A program made the translations under genes and the position numbers. From Flavobacteriaceae bacterium (GTDB lineage: Bacteria; Bacteroidota; Bacteroidia; Flavobacteriales; Flavobacteriaceae), in contig OZ245049.1 in the NCBI GenBank assembly GCA_965224465.1, positions 1,110,001 through 1,142,000 on the forward strand: a stretch of 32,000 nucleotides of DNA, read 5' to 3'. The notes beneath the pieces were generated by a model. It was not told the DNA's origin. It was given only the letters and a program-made list of their open reading frames with translations, and made no database searches. Below are positions 16,528 to 24,694 of this stretch, in pieces. Every line of letters begins with the position of its first letter. Positions within the stretch are counted from its first letter, which is position 1.

Positions 16528-17744
16528 GCATGATTCATCATCATAAGTGTAAAAGATATAATAAAAGCAATCACAGAAACAATAATCCCAAACATAAAAA
16601 TATCATAGGTTATTCTTAATAAACGATATTTTTTTTCCAATACAATTCCTAAATAGTACAAATCTTTTGTCAAGGAACTGTATAGGTATTCCCTGTCTTT
16701 TGTAATTTCTTTAATTCCATCTTCGAATTCCTTTAAAGGAATCTTATAAAAATTTCCAAAAAAAAGCAAATTCACTTTTCTGTTTTTGATATCATCCGAA
16801 GTAAAATTACCTGATGTTACTTTAGGCCTGGTAGATAAAATGGCAAATACCATAGAAATTACAGCTGTCAAGACAAACAACATTGTAGGCATTATCAAAA
16901 AAGCATTGTCAGCCTTATCTAATTTAGGAAACAATGATGTCAATGCAATAGACAACATAATAGCACTTACTGAGAGTAGGATATTTGCTTTGGTATCCGC
17001 AATATCACTCAACTTAATATGATTTCTTAAAGTTACGCGATACAATGTTTCTATTCCACGATCTGGGCGGTTGTCCTTAGCTATTTTACGTTGTAAATCT
17101 TGTTCCTTAAGTTTTGTTTTAGCTTCTTGATCCCTTGTTTTTGTAATCGTTTTTTGTAGTTCTTTTTGAATTTTTAACCAATTATTCTGTTTGATCTCAT
17201 GGTATTTTTGAAACCCAAAATCTGTATAATAAGTATGATCACCTAAAAACTGTTCGTTGGTAGTTAGCCATTCTATATCTGTCAATACCTTTCCACAAAG
17301 CACTTCCCATTCTTTTCGTAGTAAATTAGACTTCTCTCTAAAAGCCTCTGTTCCTAAATGGGACAAATCTGCATCACAAAGCACCATCTCTAATTTTGTT
17401 ACAGGTATCTTATTCATATCTGTAGCTAGAATACATGCTTCTACTTTATCCATTAGCTCGGAATCCATCCCTTGTTCTGACAAATAAGTTCGTGCAATTT
17501 TAACACTTTCTATTTCATGATTCTCCTGCCCAATCACAAATCCAGTATCGTGAAACCATGCCGCTAAGAGTACTATTTTCAAATCGTCTTCAGACAAACC
17601 TTCTCCTATTCCAATTTCATAAGCAGCATTTGCCACATACTCTGTATGACTAAAATTATGATAGATCACATTTGGTTTTAACTGTGTTTTGAATAATTCA
17701 AATACATAGTTTTTAACATCTTTAAAAAAATTATTTTCTATCAT
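16524..17744 (-). CDS. HD-domain phosphohydrolase fused to a Pycsar-effector-like (PycTM/DUF5706-type) membrane domain
   Basis: N-terminal HD signature (HNFSHTEY ... AAWFHDTGF ... CDADLSHLG), then a Lys/Glu-rich linker. Next comes LYRVTLRNHIKLSDIADTKANILLSVSAIMLSIALTSLF, a second helix FLIMPTMLFVLTAVISMVFAILS, NLLFFGNF, and a terminal helix IFMFGIIVSVIAFIISFTLMM. That layout is what I recall for Pfam PycTM. Confidence 0.7.
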   Translation of the reverse strand: MIENNFFKDVKNYVFELFKTQLKPNVIYHNFSHTEYVANAAYEIGIGEGLSEDDLKIVLLAAWFHDTGFVIGQENHEIESVKIARTYLSEQGMDSELMDKVEACILATDMNKIPVTKLEMVLCDADLSHLGTEAFREKSNLLRKEWEVLCGKVLTDIEWLTTNEQFLGDHTYYTDFGFQKYHEIKQNNWLKIQKELQKTITKTRDQEAKTKLKEQDLQRKIAKDNRPDRGIETLYRVTLRNHIKLSDIADTKANILLSVSAIMLSIALTSLFPKLDKADNAFLIMPTMLFVLTAVISMVFAILSTRPKVTSGNFTSDDIKNRKVNLLFFGNFYKIPLKEFEDGIKEITKDREYLYSSLTKDLYYLGIVLEKKYRLLRITYDIFMFGIIVSVIAFIISFTLMMMNHA

Positions 17745-17821
17745 TTCTGAGTGTTTTTATAGGAGCACTCAAATATATTAAATTTATTGTATTTTTAAAT
17801 CCGTAAACGCAGAAACCATTT

Positions 17822-20800
17822 ATGTATCATATAAAATTTAAAACACTACCCTACAGCCTGTTACTGATTATTGGTTTAAGTTGCGCTACAAAAAAAACTC
17901 AGTTTGATGCTTCTAAAGAACACATACAAGCTATATCAAGCTCAAAAAACAGCCCTATAGCACATTCTTTTTACCTTATTGGAGATGCTGGAAATGTAAA
18001 AAACAACAAAACTCTTAGTCATTTTCAAGCCTTAAAAGAGCAATTAGCAAAGCATTCAAAAAATAGTACTGTCTTATTTTTGGGAGATAATATATACCCA
18101 AGAGGGTTGCCTCCTAAATCTTCAAGTGATCGCAATACAGCAGAACATTGTTTACAAGTTCAGTTAGATTTAGTTGAAAATTTCAAAGGCAATAGTATAT
18201 TTATCCCAGGCAACCATGATTGGTACAGCAATGGAACCAAAGGAATTTGGAGGCAAGAAAATTACATCAAAAAACATGGAAATGGTCGTACTAAATTCTT
18301 ACCTAAAAATGCATGTCCGATCACTAAAATAAAAATCAAAAAAGACATTGATTTATTAATAATTGACTCCGAATGGTACATTCAAAATTGGGATAAGGAT
18401 CCAAAAATAAATGACAAATGCAGCATTAAAACTAGGCGGCGATTTTTAGAAGAACTAGAAAGTGAAATCAACAAATCTCAAAACAAAACGCTGATTATAG
18501 CTGTGCATCACCCCATGTTTAGCAACGGACCACACGGAGGAGAATATTCTTTAGCATCCCATCTAAAACCACTTCCCGTACTGGGGACTTTAAAAAATAT
18601 AATTCGCAAAACCTCGGGCATATCCCCTGCCGATCAAAGTCATTGGCGATACAGAGAATTTATACACCAAGTAAACTCTTTAGTCCTACTACATAAACGC
18701 AGTGTTATAGTTTCTGGACATGAACACAGTTTGCAATACCTAACCGCAGCTAACGGAAAAATCAGACAAATTATTTCAGGATCGGCAAGTAAATCTAGCG
18801 CTACAAAACTCTCAGAAAACAACCTTAGTTTTCTAGGAGGAGAAACAAATTACACGGGGCATTTTTCTTCTGGAAATAAAGGATATGCAGTTTTAAACAT
18901 TCACGAAAACAAGCAAATTACTGTTGATTTTATTGATTTAGAAAACAACAAAACATATACAATCGAAGTTTTAAAACCAAAAAAAACGCTTGAAAAACAA
19001 TTATTTAAAACCAAATCTGATTATTCAACTACTTTTAAAACATCTATTTTTAAACCCGCTTCTGTTGTAAAATCACGGACTTATAAATTCTTTTGGGGAG
19101 ACCATTACCGTCATTATTTTGGACTTCCGTTTGAAGCTAAAGTAGCTTGGCTAGACACTTTATACGGAGGGCTTAAAGTTATAAAAAAAGGAGGTGGACA
19201 CCAGTCAAATTCCTTACGACTAGAAGACAAAAACGGAAAACAATACGCCATGCGCTCCTTGCGTAAAAACACTCAAAAGTATTTGAAATCTCAACTAAAA
19301 GGGGCTGCGTATAACCTAAACGAATGGGAAGAAACAAGTGCCAATAGGATTTTAAACGATTTTTTTACCACCCCGCATCCATTCGGCGCTTTGAGTATAG
19401 GAACCATGGCAGCTGCTATTAATGTAAATTACGCAACTACAAAATTATACTACATTCCAAAACAAGCAAATCTAGGAAAACACAACGATCTGTACGGAGA
19501 TGCCCTCTATTTTATCGAAGAAAGACCTTCGGACGGGCATCAAGCACTACAAAGTTTTGGGGCTCCGGATGCATTTATAAGTACAAACGGACTCTTAGAA
19601 AAAATCAGAAAAAGCAGCAAGCACAAAGTTGACGAAGAAGCCTATATACGTGCACGAATTTTTGACATGATTATTGGAGATTGGGACCGTCATTTTGACC
19701 AATGGAGATGGGCTATAAAAAAACAAAAGGACGGTACAAAATTATATACACCAATACCTAGAGACAGAGATGCTGCCTTTGCAAAGTTTGATGGATTGGT
19801 CTTAAATTTATTGATAAAGCTAATCCCCGAAATGCGTTTTTGGCAATCTTATGACGGCGATTTAAAACACAGTAAATGGTTTATGCAAGAAGCCTATAAT
19901 TTAGACAAAGCTATCTTGACAAGAAGCAATGTAGAAACCTGGAAAAAACAAGCAAAATACATTCAAAAACACTTAACGGATGCTGTTATAGACAAGGCTT
20001 TTGAGCAATTCCCAAAAGAGATGCAAGACAGCACGGTGACAATTATAAAAAACAACTTAAAACAACGCAGAAAAAACATCGTAAAAATTTCTGAAAAATT
20101 CGGGAGCTATTTAGACAAAATTATTATTATTCGCGCAACTGACAAGGCTGATAAAATCACTATTACAAGACTTACCAAGGGTAGAACAAAGGTAGAAATA
20201 CAGGCAATAAAACAGCAGAACGATGCCCCTTATTACAGCAGAATATTTCACAAAAAGAAAACGCGAGAAATTGTAATTTACGGACTTAATGGCGATGATC
20301 ATTTTAGCGTAAATGGCCCTGGAAAAACAGCAATTAAACTACGACTTTTAGGCGGTCAAAATCATGATACGTATACCATAAACAACAACAAAAACTTAAG
20401 TGTTTTTGATTTTAAATCAAAAAAATCGACATTAAACGGCACAAAAAAACCAAGAAGCGTCTTCACCGATTTATACAATACAAACACATATCACTATCGA
20501 ACAGTTCAAAATAACACCAATCAGCTATTTCCATTTGCGCTATTCAAATCCGAAGAAGGTGCGAGTATTTTTATTCATAACACCTATACTGTTCACGGTG
20601 TAAATGGCAACCCTTTTAGAGAACAGCACAGCCTTAAAACAATGTACAATACCAATACCCTAGGCTTTACATTAAATTATATCGGCGAGTTCGCAAACAT
20701 TTTCCCTTCTTGGAATTTTGTAATTGACGTCTTGTATACAACACCTAAATTCACCATCAATTACCTAGGAAATGGAAACAACACCCGTAAAACAGTAAAA

Positions 20801-21562
20801 GGACACAAATACAAATTTTACAAGACAGATATTGAAATGTTTCACTTAAAACCAGGTTTCGTCTTAAGAAGGCAAAACAAGGCATCCCTTCTCAATATTA
20901 GTCCTTTTTATGAAATTAAAAAAGTGGCAGATAATATCCATAGATTTGCACATAGAAACGCTCCGCTTGTAGACAAAGCTGTTTTTGAAAAACAAGAGTT
21001 CCTTGGGCTTCAAACAGCATTCATTTATAACAATGTAAATGCTCAAGATTTCCCCACCTATGGATTTCACCTTTGGTTATTGGCTGGTTATAAATTCAGT
21101 ATAAACAATACACTTACAAATATTAGTTATCTCAAATCTAGGTGCGCCATTGACTATAAATTAAACAAAAAAGGAAACCTAGTACTGAGCACAAAAATAG
21201 GAGCTGAACTAAACCTAGGTACTGACTACCTATTTTATGATGCCGTAAGTATAGGAGGTTCCAATGGACTCAGAGGATTTATAGACAATCGTTTTTCAGG
21301 AAATTCAGCTGCCTATCAAAATACAGATGTGCGGTTAAAAATTGCACGAATACAATCCTCTTTTATTCCTTTAACATTAGGCATCTACGGAGGGTTTGAT
21401 TATGGACGTGTATGGCAACAAAACGAATACTCCAGAAAATGGCATACCTCAGCAGGAGGAGGTGTATGGGTTTCTGCATTAAACGCCCTCTCCTTTCAAC
21501 TCGCATTATTTAATTCTATCGATGGAAACCTACTTAGTGTAGGACTCAATTTTAAATACTAA
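17822..21562 (+). CDS. Outer-membrane lipoprotein: calcineurin-like metallophosphoesterase + central domain + C-terminal Omp85/surface-antigen-type beta-barrel
   Basis: Lipobox LIIGLSC (Cys21). Metallophosphoesterase motifs GDAGN, LGDNIYP, GNHDW, VHHPMFSNGPHG, SGHEH. The C-terminus has GGSNGLRGF and alternating beta-strand patterns and ends in ...GLNFKY (terminal aromatic residue). Confidence 0.8.
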   Translation: MYHIKFKTLPYSLLLIIGLSCATKKTQFDASKEHIQAISSSKNSPIAHSFYLIGDAGNVKNNKTLSHFQALKEQLAKHSKNSTVLFLGDNIYPRGLPPKSSSDRNTAEHCLQVQLDLVENFKGNSIFIPGNHDWYSNGTKGIWRQENYIKKHGNGRTKFLPKNACPITKIKIKKDIDLLIIDSEWYIQNWDKDPKINDKCSIKTRRRFLEELESEINKSQNKTLIIAVHHPMFSNGPHGGEYSLASHLKPLPVLGTLKNIIRKTSGISPADQSHWRYREFIHQVNSLVLLHKRSVIVSGHEHSLQYLTAANGKIRQIISGSASKSSATKLSENNLSFLGGETNYTGHFSSGNKGYAVLNIHENKQITVDFIDLENNKTYTIEVLKPKKTLEKQLFKTKSDYSTTFKTSIFKPASVVKSRTYKFFWGDHYRHYFGLPFEAKVAWLDTLYGGLKVIKKGGGHQSNSLRLEDKNGKQYAMRSLRKNTQKYLKSQLKGAAYNLNEWEETSANRILNDFFTTPHPFGALSIGTMAAAINVNYATTKLYYIPKQANLGKHNDLYGDALYFIEERPSDGHQALQSFGAPDAFISTNGLLEKIRKSSKHKVDEEAYIRARIFDMIIGDWDRHFDQWRWAIKKQKDGTKLYTPIPRDRDAAFAKFDGLVLNLLIKLIPEMRFWQSYDGDLKHSKWFMQEAYNLDKAILTRSNVETWKKQAKYIQKHLTDAVIDKAFEQFPKEMQDSTVTIIKNNLKQRRKNIVKISEKFGSYLDKIIIIRATDKADKITITRLTKGRTKVEIQAIKQQNDAPYYSRIFHKKKTREIVIYGLNGDDHFSVNGPGKTAIKLRLLGGQNHDTYTINNNKNLSVFDFKSKKSTLNGTKKPRSVFTDLYNTNTYHYRTVQNNTNQLFPFALFKSEEGASIFIHNTYTVHGVNGNPFREQHSLKTMYNTNTLGFTLNYIGEFANIFPSWNFVIDVLYTTPKFTINYLGNGNNTRKTVKGHKYKFYKTDIEMFHLKPGFVLRRQNKASLLNISPFYEIKKVADNIHRFAHRNAPLVDKAVFEKQEFLGLQTAFIYNNVNAQDFPTYGFHLWLLAGYKFSINNTLTNISYLKSRCAIDYKLNKKGNLVLSTKIGAELNLGTDYLFYDAVSIGGSNGLRGFIDNRFSGNSAAYQNTDVRLKIARIQSSFIPLTLGIYGGFDYGRVWQQNEYSRKWHTSAGGGVWVSALNALSFQLALFNSIDGNLLSVGLNFKY

Positions 21563-21579
21563 CACAAAAATTACCCCAA

Positions 21580-22770
21580 ATGAAAATCACATTAACTACC
21601 CTAATTCTCTTCCTTAGCACTGCAATATGTGCACAAGGAACAATTACAACAAAAATTAAATCTAGAATCTTAAGCAAGACGCGTGAATTAAGAATATACG
21701 TTCCTGAGGGATACAAAATTGATTCTTTAAAAAAATACCCGCTTACAATTGTTCTAGACGCCGAAGAGTTATTTGATATTTATGTTTCAAATGCCAAACT
21801 TTTTGCTTTACATGACAAAGCTCCAGAACAAATAATAATTGGTATTAACCAAGCTAGAAACAACGACAGGTATAAAGATTGTTCCTACGAAAAACACAAT
21901 AGTTATCCCGTCCCCTCTGCACAGCTATTCATAGATTTTGTCCGCAGTGAACTCTTGCCTTTTGCAGAAGACAACTATCGCGTTTCTAACTTTAAAACCA
22001 TTGTAGGGAATTCACTTACAGGAAATTTTATCAATTATTTTTTGATTGAACACCAGCCTACTTTCAATGCATTTATTACCATAAATCCAAGTTTTGCACC
22101 TGAAATGTCCTTTGCTATTGAAAACAAAGTGAAAATAATAACGAACATTCCTCTTTTTTATTACCTCAGTAACGGAAATTACAACAGCATCAAAAAAAGC
22201 ATATCTATAACTGGAATTGCAACACGTTTAAAAGATATTGAAAACAGCCATTTTAAATTTCATTACGACCTCTATAATCAAGCGAGTAGAATCGCATCTA
22301 TAGGACAATCATTAGCGAGTGCTCAAGCATTTATTTTTAAATCTTTCGCTGCCATTTCCAATAAAGAATACAAAGAAAAAATCGCGGATTTAACTCCACC
22401 AGAAGCCATCGCTTATTTAGAAAATAAATACTTGGAAATTGAACAATTATTTGGGGCTAATTTTAAAATTAGAGAACGTGATATTTACGCTGTAGAAGGC
22501 ATTATTTTAGATCAAGAAAACGGAGACTACCTTAAAGATTTCGGAAAAATGATTCAAAAATTATATCCTGAATCTCCATTGGGAGATTATTATCTCGGAA
22601 ATTATTATGAAACTGGGGGAAAACTAAAAAAAGCATTGAGACACTATAAAAATGGGTATTCAAAAGTTAAAGGAAACGAAGCGGATGCCATAGGTTATTA
22701 TCAAAATATAATCCGTGTTTTAGACCTGCAAAAAGACGAAGATTCTGAAGAAATCGAAGCCGAAGATTAA
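21580..22770 (+). CDS. Secreted alpha/beta hydrolase (putative esterase family) with a TPR-like C-terminus
   Basis: Signal peptide MKITLTTLILFLSTAICAQG. Esterase-family start SRILSKTRELRIYVPEGY...YPLTIVLDAEE and nucleophile elbow GNSLTG. C-terminal GDYYLGNYYETGGKLKKALRHYKNGY. Starts 17 bp after the preceding gene. Confidence 0.65.
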   Translation: MKITLTTLILFLSTAICAQGTITTKIKSRILSKTRELRIYVPEGYKIDSLKKYPLTIVLDAEELFDIYVSNAKLFALHDKAPEQIIIGINQARNNDRYKDCSYEKHNSYPVPSAQLFIDFVRSELLPFAEDNYRVSNFKTIVGNSLTGNFINYFLIEHQPTFNAFITINPSFAPEMSFAIENKVKIITNIPLFYYLSNGNYNSIKKSISITGIATRLKDIENSHFKFHYDLYNQASRIASIGQSLASAQAFIFKSFAAISNKEYKEKIADLTPPEAIAYLENKYLEIEQLFGANFKIRERDIYAVEGIILDQENGDYLKDFGKMIQKLYPESPLGDYYLGNYYETGGKLKKALRHYKNGYSKVKGNEADAIGYYQNIIRVLDLQKDEDSEEIEAED

Positions 22771-22872
22771 TACATGTATAAATGTATAGCATATTTACAT
22801 TAAAAAAACTATTTTTATACTAAATTAACTCACAACGAATACAAAAACAGATAACAAAACATATATCAAATC

Positions 22873-24030
22873 ATGAAAAAAATAATCATTGCTTCCTTTC
22901 TCGTCTTTTCAGGAAGCCTATTTGCACAAGAAGACATTAGCACTACGGTAAACATCCCCAACGCAGAAAAATACAATTTCACTACCATTGTAGATGTTGA
23001 GGCTTCTAAAGTTAAAAGCCAAGGAAAAACTGGAACTTGTTGGAGTTATTCAACCTCATCGTTCATAGAATCTGAAATCTTTAAAAACACGGGTAAAAAC
23101 ATTGATATTTCTGAGATGTTCACGGTTAGAAACACCTATCCTATAAAAGCATGGAATTATGTCATGCGTCAAGGAAAAACACAATTTAGCGAAGGAGGTT
23201 TAGCACATGATGTAATACAGTCCATCCAACACTATGGATTGGTTCCTCAAAGTGCCTATTCGGGATTGACCAATGGTATGACCAAACATAATCATTCAAA
23301 AATAGTACCTCAACTAAAAAAAGCGCTTGACATTTACATTAAAAATGATGTAAACTCCACTGTACCAAATTGGAAAGTAGCTGTAGATTCGATTTTGGAT
23401 GCTTCTTTAGGGAAGGTAACCGACAAATTCTTTTTTGAAGGAGTCATGTATACGCCTAAATCATTTTTAGCAATGACTAAAATAAACACCTCTGATTACG
23501 TTACCTTAACCTCTTTTACACATCAACCATACAACACACATTTTATTTTAAACATCCCTGATAACTTCTCAAATGGTGTTTTTTACAATGTAACTCTTAA
23601 TTCATTGGTAGATGTAATGAATAATGCCTTGAAAAAAGGATATAGCATCGCATTGGATTGTGATGTTTCTGAAAAAACATTTTCCGGAAAATACGGAATA
23701 GCTGTAAGTCCAAAAAATGTAGCTGACAACAAAAAATCATTAGAGTACATTGTCCCAGAAAAAAACATAACTGCCGCTTACAGACAAGCTGAATATGAAA
23801 ATTTTGACACTACAGACGATCATTTAATGCATGTAGTAGGAATGCTAAAAGATCAAAAAGGAACCATCTATTACAAGGTTAAAAACTCTTGGGGATCCGA
23901 TAGCAAACGCATTGGAAATGGCGGATACATTTATATGAGTGAAGCTTATTTCAGATTAAAAACTATTTCTATCCTTTTGAATAAAAAAGGGATTCCAAAA
24001 AAGATTAAAAAGAAATTAAAATTCTCTTAA
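22873..24030 (+). CDS. C1 (papain-like / aminopeptidase C-like) cysteine peptidase, secreted
   Basis: Signal peptide MKKIIIASFLVFSGSLFAQE, catalytic Cys context QGKTGTCWSYSTSSF, His in DHLMHVVG and the NSWG motif. Confidence 0.85.
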   Translation: MKKIIIASFLVFSGSLFAQEDISTTVNIPNAEKYNFTTIVDVEASKVKSQGKTGTCWSYSTSSFIESEIFKNTGKNIDISEMFTVRNTYPIKAWNYVMRQGKTQFSEGGLAHDVIQSIQHYGLVPQSAYSGLTNGMTKHNHSKIVPQLKKALDIYIKNDVNSTVPNWKVAVDSILDASLGKVTDKFFFEGVMYTPKSFLAMTKINTSDYVTLTSFTHQPYNTHFILNIPDNFSNGVFYNVTLNSLVDVMNNALKKGYSIALDCDVSEKTFSGKYGIAVSPKNVADNKKSLEYIVPEKNITAAYRQAEYENFDTTDDHLMHVVGMLKDQKGTIYYKVKNSWGSDSKRIGNGGYIYMSEAYFRLKTISILLNKKGIPKKIKKKLKFS

Positions 24031-24041
24031 CACATCCAATA

Positions 24042-24077
24042 ACACCAATTACAATCCAAAATGACTGATATAAATAG
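24042..24077. repeat. Intergenic repeat A2, copy 2
   Basis: acaccaattacaatccaaaatgactgatataaatag has 2 mismatches to 7778-7813. Confidence 0.8.
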
Positions 24078-24085
24078 TTTATTTT

Positions 24086-24125
24086 ATTTCTAAACCGTCA
24101 CTTGGAAATGTAGTTGGTATAAGAT
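24086..24125. repeat. Intergenic repeat A1, copy 3 (5'-truncated)
   Basis: atttctaaaccgtcacttggaaatgtagttggtataagat is identical to 7904-7943. Confidence 0.85.
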
Positions 24126-24126
24126 T

Positions 24127-24168
24127 AAAAAAATGCGCCTATTTTAACGTAAAATAGGCGCATTTTTT
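24127..24168. terminator. Strong bidirectional terminator between convergent C1 peptidase and the men block
   Basis: aatgcgcctatttta (24132-24146) pairs perfectly with taaaataggcgcatt (24150-24164). 15-bp stem, 3-nt loop, A run upstream and T run downstream. Confidence 0.8.
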
Positions 24169-24172
24169 ATAA

Positions 24173-24251
24173 TCAATAACCTCGGGCAAGTCCCCGAGGC
24201 ATAAAAAAGAAAAAACCTTACTCATTTCGATGCAAGCATCGGAGAATTAAA
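24173..24251. repeat. Intergenic repeat B, well-preserved copy with two hairpins
   Basis: Aligns with 5059-5139. Contains cctcggg-caagtc-cccgagg (24180-24199) and cgatgc-aa-gcatcg (24228-24241). Confidence 0.75.
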
Positions 24252-24278
24252 CCCACTGGTGGGATTAAAAAACAATTC

Positions 24279-24692
24279 TTAAAGCAAGCGAATTCCGTCT
24301 TCCTCAATTGTTATTTTTTTTGCTTTATACAAGCCTCCAATAGCTTTCTTAAAAGATTTCTTACTCATTTCTACCCCAAATTTAATATCATCAGGGGTAC
24401 TTTTATCTGTCAATGGCAAAAAACCATTATTACTAACCAATTTATCAATCAAGTATTTTTCTTGAGTCGCATTGGCATGAAAAAATCCGATAGGTGTTAA
24501 AGAAACATCTATTTTCCCATCTTCACGTATTTTCTTTACATAGCCTTCTCTGCTTTCTCCTTCCTCCAAGCGCTGATACAATTCTGTTCTATACAACATG
24601 CCTTCAAACTCTTGATCCACTAATACTGTAAATCCAATTTGGCTTTTTCTACCAATAATTAAACTTACTTTATCTCCTATTTTTAATTCCAT
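24279..24692 (-). CDS. S1-like RNA-binding domain protein (short CvfB/YitL-like: one S1 domain + winged helix)
   Basis: REGYVKKIREDGKIDVSLTP ... GFLPLTDKSTPDDIKFGVEMSKKSFKKAIGGLYKAKKITIEEDGIRL matches the C-terminal S1 + wHTH part of the CvfB family. Starts 2 bp after the menD stop. Confidence 0.7.
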   Translation of the reverse strand: MELKIGDKVSLIIGRKSQIGFTVLVDQEFEGMLYRTELYQRLEEGESREGYVKKIREDGKIDVSLTPIGFFHANATQEKYLIDKLVSNNGFLPLTDKSTPDDIKFGVEMSKKSFKKAIGGLYKAKKITIEEDGIRLL

Positions 24693-24694
24693 TT

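Noticed and set aside
14188-17744. A complete Pycsar or CBASS-like cyclic-nucleotide defence system (GAF sensor + PycTM-like effector).
   Set aside because: No nucleotide cyclase, CD-NTase, TIR or cNMP-binding domain is recognisable in or next to these genes. The two genes are convergent rather than co-transcribed. Only the single-gene observation is reported.
24173-24251. Small minus-strand ORF inside repeat B (MSKVFSFLCLGDLPEVIDY...), with a counterpart in the 5059-5139 copy (MIKVFSVSCLGGLPRGY).
   Set aside because: A 1-nt indel between the copies changes the frame and the C-terminus. No -7 box or ribosome-binding context is apparent. The similarity is explained by the DNA repeat itself.
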